DNA of 32,000 bases from Aquifex aeolicus VF5. GTDB taxonomy: Bacteria; Aquificota; Aquificia; Aquificales; Aquificaceae. Location of the stretch: positions 870,001 through 902,000 of the forward strand of contig NC_000918.1 in NCBI RefSeq assembly GCF_000008625.1, given 5' to 3'. The translations under genes and the position numbers were made by a program. This document shows, one piece after another, positions 28,408 through 32,000 of the stretch (its first letter is position 1; each line of letters starts with the position of its first letter). A model generated the notes under the pieces. The model had not been told where the DNA came from, did no database searches, and was given only the letters and a program-made list of their open reading frames with translations.

Positions 28408-29048
28408 GTGAACCCCTTTGACGCCTACTACAAAAAGTACGATGAGTGGTACGAAAAGCCCTTTGGAAAGAGTGCCTACGAATTGGAGGTAAAGTGCCTC
28501 TCCTCAATGGAGAAAAACTTAGGGAAATCTTTAGAAGTGGGAGGGGGACAGGCAGATTTGCAAAAGCTTTAGGTATTGAGTACGGAGTGGATACTTCCTT
28601 CAACATGCTCAAAGTCGCAAAAGAAAGGGGGATTAAGGTCGCACTGGCAAAGGGAGAAAATCTTCCCTTTAAATCCGAAACTTTTGACAGCGTTTTCCTC
28701 GTGGTTACCATTTGCTTTGTAGAAAATCCCAAACAAGTCCTCAAAGAAGCTCACAGAGTTCTAAAAAGGGACGGAAAACTTTACCTCGGGTTGATACTAA
28801 AAGAAAGCAAGTGGGCAAAGTTTTACGAGGAGAAGGCAAAAAATGGGCATCCTTTCTACAAACACGCGAGGTTTTACTCGTTCTTTGAGCTGAAAGAAAT
28901 GGTAAAAGATATTTTTTCCTTCGAGGAGATGAAAAGTACTCTCCTTGAAGAACCGCAGGACTCAGAACCTGTAAAGAATAAGGAGATAAAGCCCGGATTT
29001 TACGAAAATTCCGGTTTTACGTGTATAAGGCTTTCTAAAAAGCTTTAA
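28408..29048 (+). pseudogene. Class I SAM-dependent methyltransferase (Methyltransf_11-like), interrupted by a frameshift in a G5 run at 28543-28547
   Basis: Frame A (from GTG 28408) reads NPFDAYYKKYDEWYEKPFGKSAYELEVKCLSSMEKNLGKSLEVGGG then QADLQKL*. Frame B reads ...RGTGRFAKALGIEYGVDTSFNMLKVAKERGIKVALAKGENLPFKSETFDSVFLVVTICFVENPKQVLKEAHRVLKRDGKLYL. Joined, they give the SAM motif I LEVGGGTGRFA. Confidence 0.7.
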
Positions 29049-29059
29049 ACTATAAAATC

Positions 29060-29266
29060 ATGGCAAAAACGATACTCTCCAAAGCTTGGCACTACTTTTC
29101 AAACCTCCTAATATTCTACGGATACTACCTCCTCTTCTTGTTTTTCTACGACACCTTTCTCAGGGTGGTAAAACCGTTAGCTTTGCCTCTCGCACTCATA
29201 ATCACCTTGTCCATAGCTGGAATTCACTTAGTATTTATTTTGAGAAGGAAGAAGAAAAATGATTAA
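29060..29266 (+). CDS. Small hypothetical membrane protein (2 TM)
   Basis: 68-aa ORF with two hydrophobic spans and a basic tail RRKKKND. It fills the only gap between neighbouring genes and overlaps the next start by 8 nt. No family recognised. Confidence 0.35.
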   Translation: MAKTILSKAWHYFSNLLIFYGYYLLFLFFYDTFLRVVKPLALPLALIITLSIAGIHLVFILRRKKKND

Positions 29267-30560
29267 GTTCTTAATTCTGGGGGTTATCTTGATGGTTCAG
29301 GTTCTGACAGCTCAAGAGCTTTACATAAGAGACCTTCCAAACGGTGCAAAACTCATAGTAAAGCCAAGGGACGACACCGAAGCGGTTGCCCTTCATGTCT
29401 GGTTCAGGGTGGGATCGGTTTACGAGAAGTACGACGAGAAGGGAATGGCTCACTTTCTGGAGCACATGCTCTTTAACGGAACTGAGAAGTACAAGTACGG
29501 GGAGATAGACAGGATAATAGAGAGTTTAGGGGGAAACATAAACGCCGGAACTTCAAAGGATTACACCTACTACCACGTGGAAATAGCCCACCCTTACTGG
29601 AAACAGGCTTTAGAGGTCCTCTACCAGCTCACCATGAAGGCGACGCTGGACGAGGAGATGATAGAAAAGGAAAAACCTATAGTAATTGAGGAGCTAAGGC
29701 GGGGTAAGGACAACCCTACGACAGTTCTGTGGGAAGAATTCGAGAAGCTCGTTTACAAAGTATCCCCCTACAGGTTTCCGATTATAGGCTTTGAGGAGAC
29801 TATAAGGAAGTTCACGAGGGAAAAACTCCTGAAGTTTTACAAATCCTTCTACCAGCCTAGAAACATGGCTGTAGTCATAGTGGGAAAGGTTAATCCCAAG
29901 GAAGTGGAAGAAGAAGTTATGAAAACCTTTGGAAAGGAAGAAGGAAGACCAGTTCCCAAAGTTCAGATACCCACAGAACCCGAACAGATAGGTATAAGGT
30001 TTAAAAAACTCAAAGACCCCAGAATTGAAAAGGCTTACTGGATTATAGGCTGGAGGGTTCCAGCTATTGGAAAGACTGATTACAAAGGGCTTCTGGTTTT
30101 CAGTGAAATCCTCTGTGGAGGAAGGATTTCTGTATTCTACAGGGAGCTGAGGGAAAAGGGACTCGTTTACTCGTACTCCTGCGGAGACATGGGTAGACCT
30201 AGGGATAATATCTTCATTATAACGGCTACTTTCCCTCCCGAAAACTATGAAAAAGTCAAGAAGAGGGTGTTTGAACTTCTTAAGGAAACTTACGAGAACT
30301 TAACCGATGAGCAGGTGGAAGAGGCAAAGAGCAGGATAATAAACTCAAGGCTCTTTGAAGAGGAGAGAGTTGAAAACGATGCCTTTGATATAGGCTACTC
30401 CTACACTGTCGTGAGGGATCTGGACTTTTACAGGTTCTTTGATAAGAACCTGAGCAGGGTAAGAAGAGTGGACGTTATGAGGATATTCGAAAGGTACATA
30501 AAGGAGGATAAGTACTCGGAAATCCTTATGGTGCCTGAAGATGGAAATAAAGCCGAGTGA
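29259..30560 (+). CDS. M16 (pitrilysin/insulinase) family zinc peptidase
   Basis: 433 aa with signal peptide MIKFLILGVILMVQVLTAQ. The inverted zinc motif HxxEH is in GMAHFLEHMLFNGT, followed by the conserved EL(R) region PIVIEELRR. Confidence 0.85.
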   Translation: MIKFLILGVILMVQVLTAQELYIRDLPNGAKLIVKPRDDTEAVALHVWFRVGSVYEKYDEKGMAHFLEHMLFNGTEKYKYGEIDRIIESLGGNINAGTSKDYTYYHVEIAHPYWKQALEVLYQLTMKATLDEEMIEKEKPIVIEELRRGKDNPTTVLWEEFEKLVYKVSPYRFPIIGFEETIRKFTREKLLKFYKSFYQPRNMAVVIVGKVNPKEVEEEVMKTFGKEEGRPVPKVQIPTEPEQIGIRFKKLKDPRIEKAYWIIGWRVPAIGKTDYKGLLVFSEILCGGRISVFYRELREKGLVYSYSCGDMGRPRDNIFIITATFPPENYEKVKKRVFELLKETYENLTDEQVEEAKSRIINSRLFEEERVENDAFDIGYSYTVVRDLDFYRFFDKNLSRVRRVDVMRIFERYIKEDKYSEILMVPEDGNKAE

Positions 30561-30569
30561 TGTAAAGGC

Positions 30570-30899
30570 TCAAACTTCCATCTTCTTTGCGTCCGCCCAT
30601 ATCCACTCAAGTCCATAGTACTCCCTAGTTTCGGGCGTGAATATGTGGACTATCGTGTCTATCAAGTCTATTAATATCCAGTGCCCATAATCCTTTCCTT
30701 CTATGTGGTCTATTTCTATGCCTCTCTTTTCGAGTTCTTCTTCGAGGTAATCCGCTAAAGCCCTTGCGTGAGTTGTGGAGTTTGCGGTGGCTATAACGAA
30801 ATAATCCGCGAGGTTGGTGAGCTTGGAAACGTCAAGTATTACTATGTCTTCCGCTTTTTTGTTCTCAAGAAGTTCCTTTATTAACTTTAGCTTTTCCAT
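30570..30899 (-). CDS. rsfS: Ribosome silencing factor RsfS (iojap family)
   Basis: 109 aa. KAEDIVILDVSKLTNLADYFVIATANSTTHARALADYL...WILIDLIDTIVHIFTPETREYYGLEWIW is the RsfS/DUF143 signature. Confidence 0.9.
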   Translation of the reverse strand: MEKLKLIKELLENKKAEDIVILDVSKLTNLADYFVIATANSTTHARALADYLEEELEKRGIEIDHIEGKDYGHWILIDLIDTIVHIFTPETREYYGLEWIWADAKKMEV

Positions 30900-31828
30900 T
30901 TTTTCATTAATTTTAGCAGTTCCTTGTAGTAGGCGTTTTCTCCGTAAACTTCCCTGTAACGCTGGAGTGCCCTTTCTGCCTCCTTAAAGGCCTCCTCTTT
31001 AATCTTTTCCCAGCGTTTTACCTCTCCTTCGAGGAACTTTATCCTGTTTTCAATAGCTTTCTTCTCTTCAGGACTTTTAACCTCTTCAAGTTTTTCTTTA
31101 GCCTCCTCTATGAAATCTTCCAGCTTTTCCCTTTCCCTTTTTACCTGCTTTGGCGTGAGGAGGAGATTTTTTATGTACTTGTAGGCGAGCCTCTCTTCGG
31201 AAAAGTACTCGGGGAAGTTTATGAGAACTTCCCTGTACCTAATTGCTGCGTTGTAAGGGTATCCGTACTCCTCGTAAAACTTCGCTATGTAGTACTCGTG
31301 GTAGGCAAGTTTTTTGTTCGCCTCTTCAATTACTTCTTCTACCTTTCTCGTGAACCTGCTGTCAGGATACTTTGCGAGGAATTCCTTGGCCTTCCTTATA
31401 GCTTCAACCGTGTACGTTTGATCCCTGTAAGGGTCTGGGGCTACTTTTACTAGACTGTCAACGAGTATGTAAAATACTTCTTCCGCTTCCTTACTTCCCG
31501 GGTAATTCGCCAGAAAATCTTCCGCGTAAACTACCGCATCTACGTAATCCTTGTCCTTGTATGCTGATTTCACGAGGAGGTACTTCACCTTTTTGATCTG
31601 TTCAGGTGTCAGGTGTTCCAGGTAGTTAAGGGCTTTTTCAAAGTTACTCTTGGCGTCTCCGTAATCTCCCTTCCTATACTCACTCAGTCCCTTTTCGTAG
31701 AATTCTTTTGCGTATCCCGCCCTCCTTGCTTCCGATTTTGGGGCACAGGCGTTTATCAGTAGTAGTCCGAGTAGGAGAGCTGAAAGTAGTCGGAACGTTC
31801 TTCCCATACCTCTTTTATGGTAATCCAA
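30887..31828 (-). CDS. bamD: Outer membrane protein assembly factor BamD (YfiO/ComL-like TPR lipoprotein) with a K/E-rich C-terminal extension
   Basis: Lipobox LLGLLLINAC. TPR repeats are present, and the BamD blocks are DFLANYPGS, DPYRDQTYTVEAIRKAKEFLAKYPDSRF, LAYHEYYIAKFYEEYGYPYNAAIRYREVLINFPEY. The probable true start is ATG 31807 (MGRTFRLL). Confidence 0.75.
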   Translation of the reverse strand: MDYHKRGMGRTFRLLSALLLGLLLINACAPKSEARRAGYAKEFYEKGLSEYRKGDYGDAKSNFEKALNYLEHLTPEQIKKVKYLLVKSAYKDKDYVDAVVYAEDFLANYPGSKEAEEVFYILVDSLVKVAPDPYRDQTYTVEAIRKAKEFLAKYPDSRFTRKVEEVIEEANKKLAYHEYYIAKFYEEYGYPYNAAIRYREVLINFPEYFSEERLAYKYIKNLLLTPKQVKREREKLEDFIEEAKEKLEEVKSPEEKKAIENRIKFLEGEVKRWEKIKEEAFKEAERALQRYREVYGENAYYKELLKLMKKWKS

Positions 31829-32000
31829 TCCTTCAAATTTTTCTCGTTAATAAATTCTTCTACGGTTTTAGCTACGCTCGGGTGTACTTTAAGAACTATC
31901 TTTTTGCCTCTGGTCTTCTCAAGAGCCTTTTCCAAGGTGTGGAGTATGAACTCTTTACTCTTCACAAAGCCTTTGCCCTGACAGTGGGGACACGTTTCCC
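31756..32000 (-). CDS. RNase E/G family ribonuclease, C-terminal end (the gene starts beyond the right window edge)
   Basis: The minus-strand frame is open from position 32000: ...ETCPHCQGKGFVKSKEFILHTLEKALEKTRGKKIVLKVHPSVAKTVEEF. CPxCxGxG followed by ...i.r.l is the Zn-link / small-domain region of RNase G (CafA). The M at 31965 in the track is an internal GTG. Confidence 0.6.
   Translation of the reverse strand, partial: ETCPHCQGKGFVKSKEFILHTLEKALEKTRGKKIVLKVHPSVAKTVEEFINEKNLKDWITIKEVWEERSDYFQLSYSDYY

Overview
Gene-dense (about 95% coding), mostly housekeeping chromosome from a hyperthermophilic bacterium, with about 43% GC and E/K/I/Y-rich proteins. I recognise the TatC (MPLTEHLRELRYRLIISIIAF...) and the 497-aa MetRS as Aquifex aeolicus proteins from memory; I did not search anything, so the organism call is an inference. 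I support 35 intact protein-coding genes, 2 further genes interrupted by frameshifts, and one tRNA-Leu(CAG). I saw no rRNA, CRISPR array, transposase, integrase or phage genes. Many neighbouring genes overlap by 1-8 nt (ATGA/TGATG junctions) even when functionally unrelated. Recognisable genes: a partial Mo/W-bisPGD oxidoreductase (missing from the ORF track because it runs off the left edge), ArnT/PMT-like glycosyltransferase, SirC-like siroheme enzyme, fliM (frameshifted), SDR, mutS2, CDP-alcohol phosphatidyltransferase, ilvC, ybgF-like, uppS-cdsA, PEBP, PCuAC plus a Sco/TlpA-like lipoprotein, yajC, feoA / porin-like ORF / feoB, metG-apbE, cstA, tatB-like plus tatC, SulP permease, a frameshifted SAM methyltransferase, M16 peptidase, rsfS, bamD and the 3' end of an RNase E/G gene. 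The best candidate for an undescribed system is 18261-23709. There an ApbE flavin transferase is followed by an outer-membrane porin, a dihaem lipoprotein cytochrome c, a stand-alone FMN-binding protein carrying a flavinylation motif, and an uncharacterised internally duplicated 8-TM membrane protein. The last three are translationally coupled. The cluster lies next to a feoA-feoB operon that is itself interrupted by a leaderless OprB-like beta-barrel ORF. I read this as a possible envelope electron-transfer or iron-acquisition module; that reading is inference only. Two genes (fliM and the methyltransferase) are each broken by an apparent 1-nt deficit in a homopolymer run.
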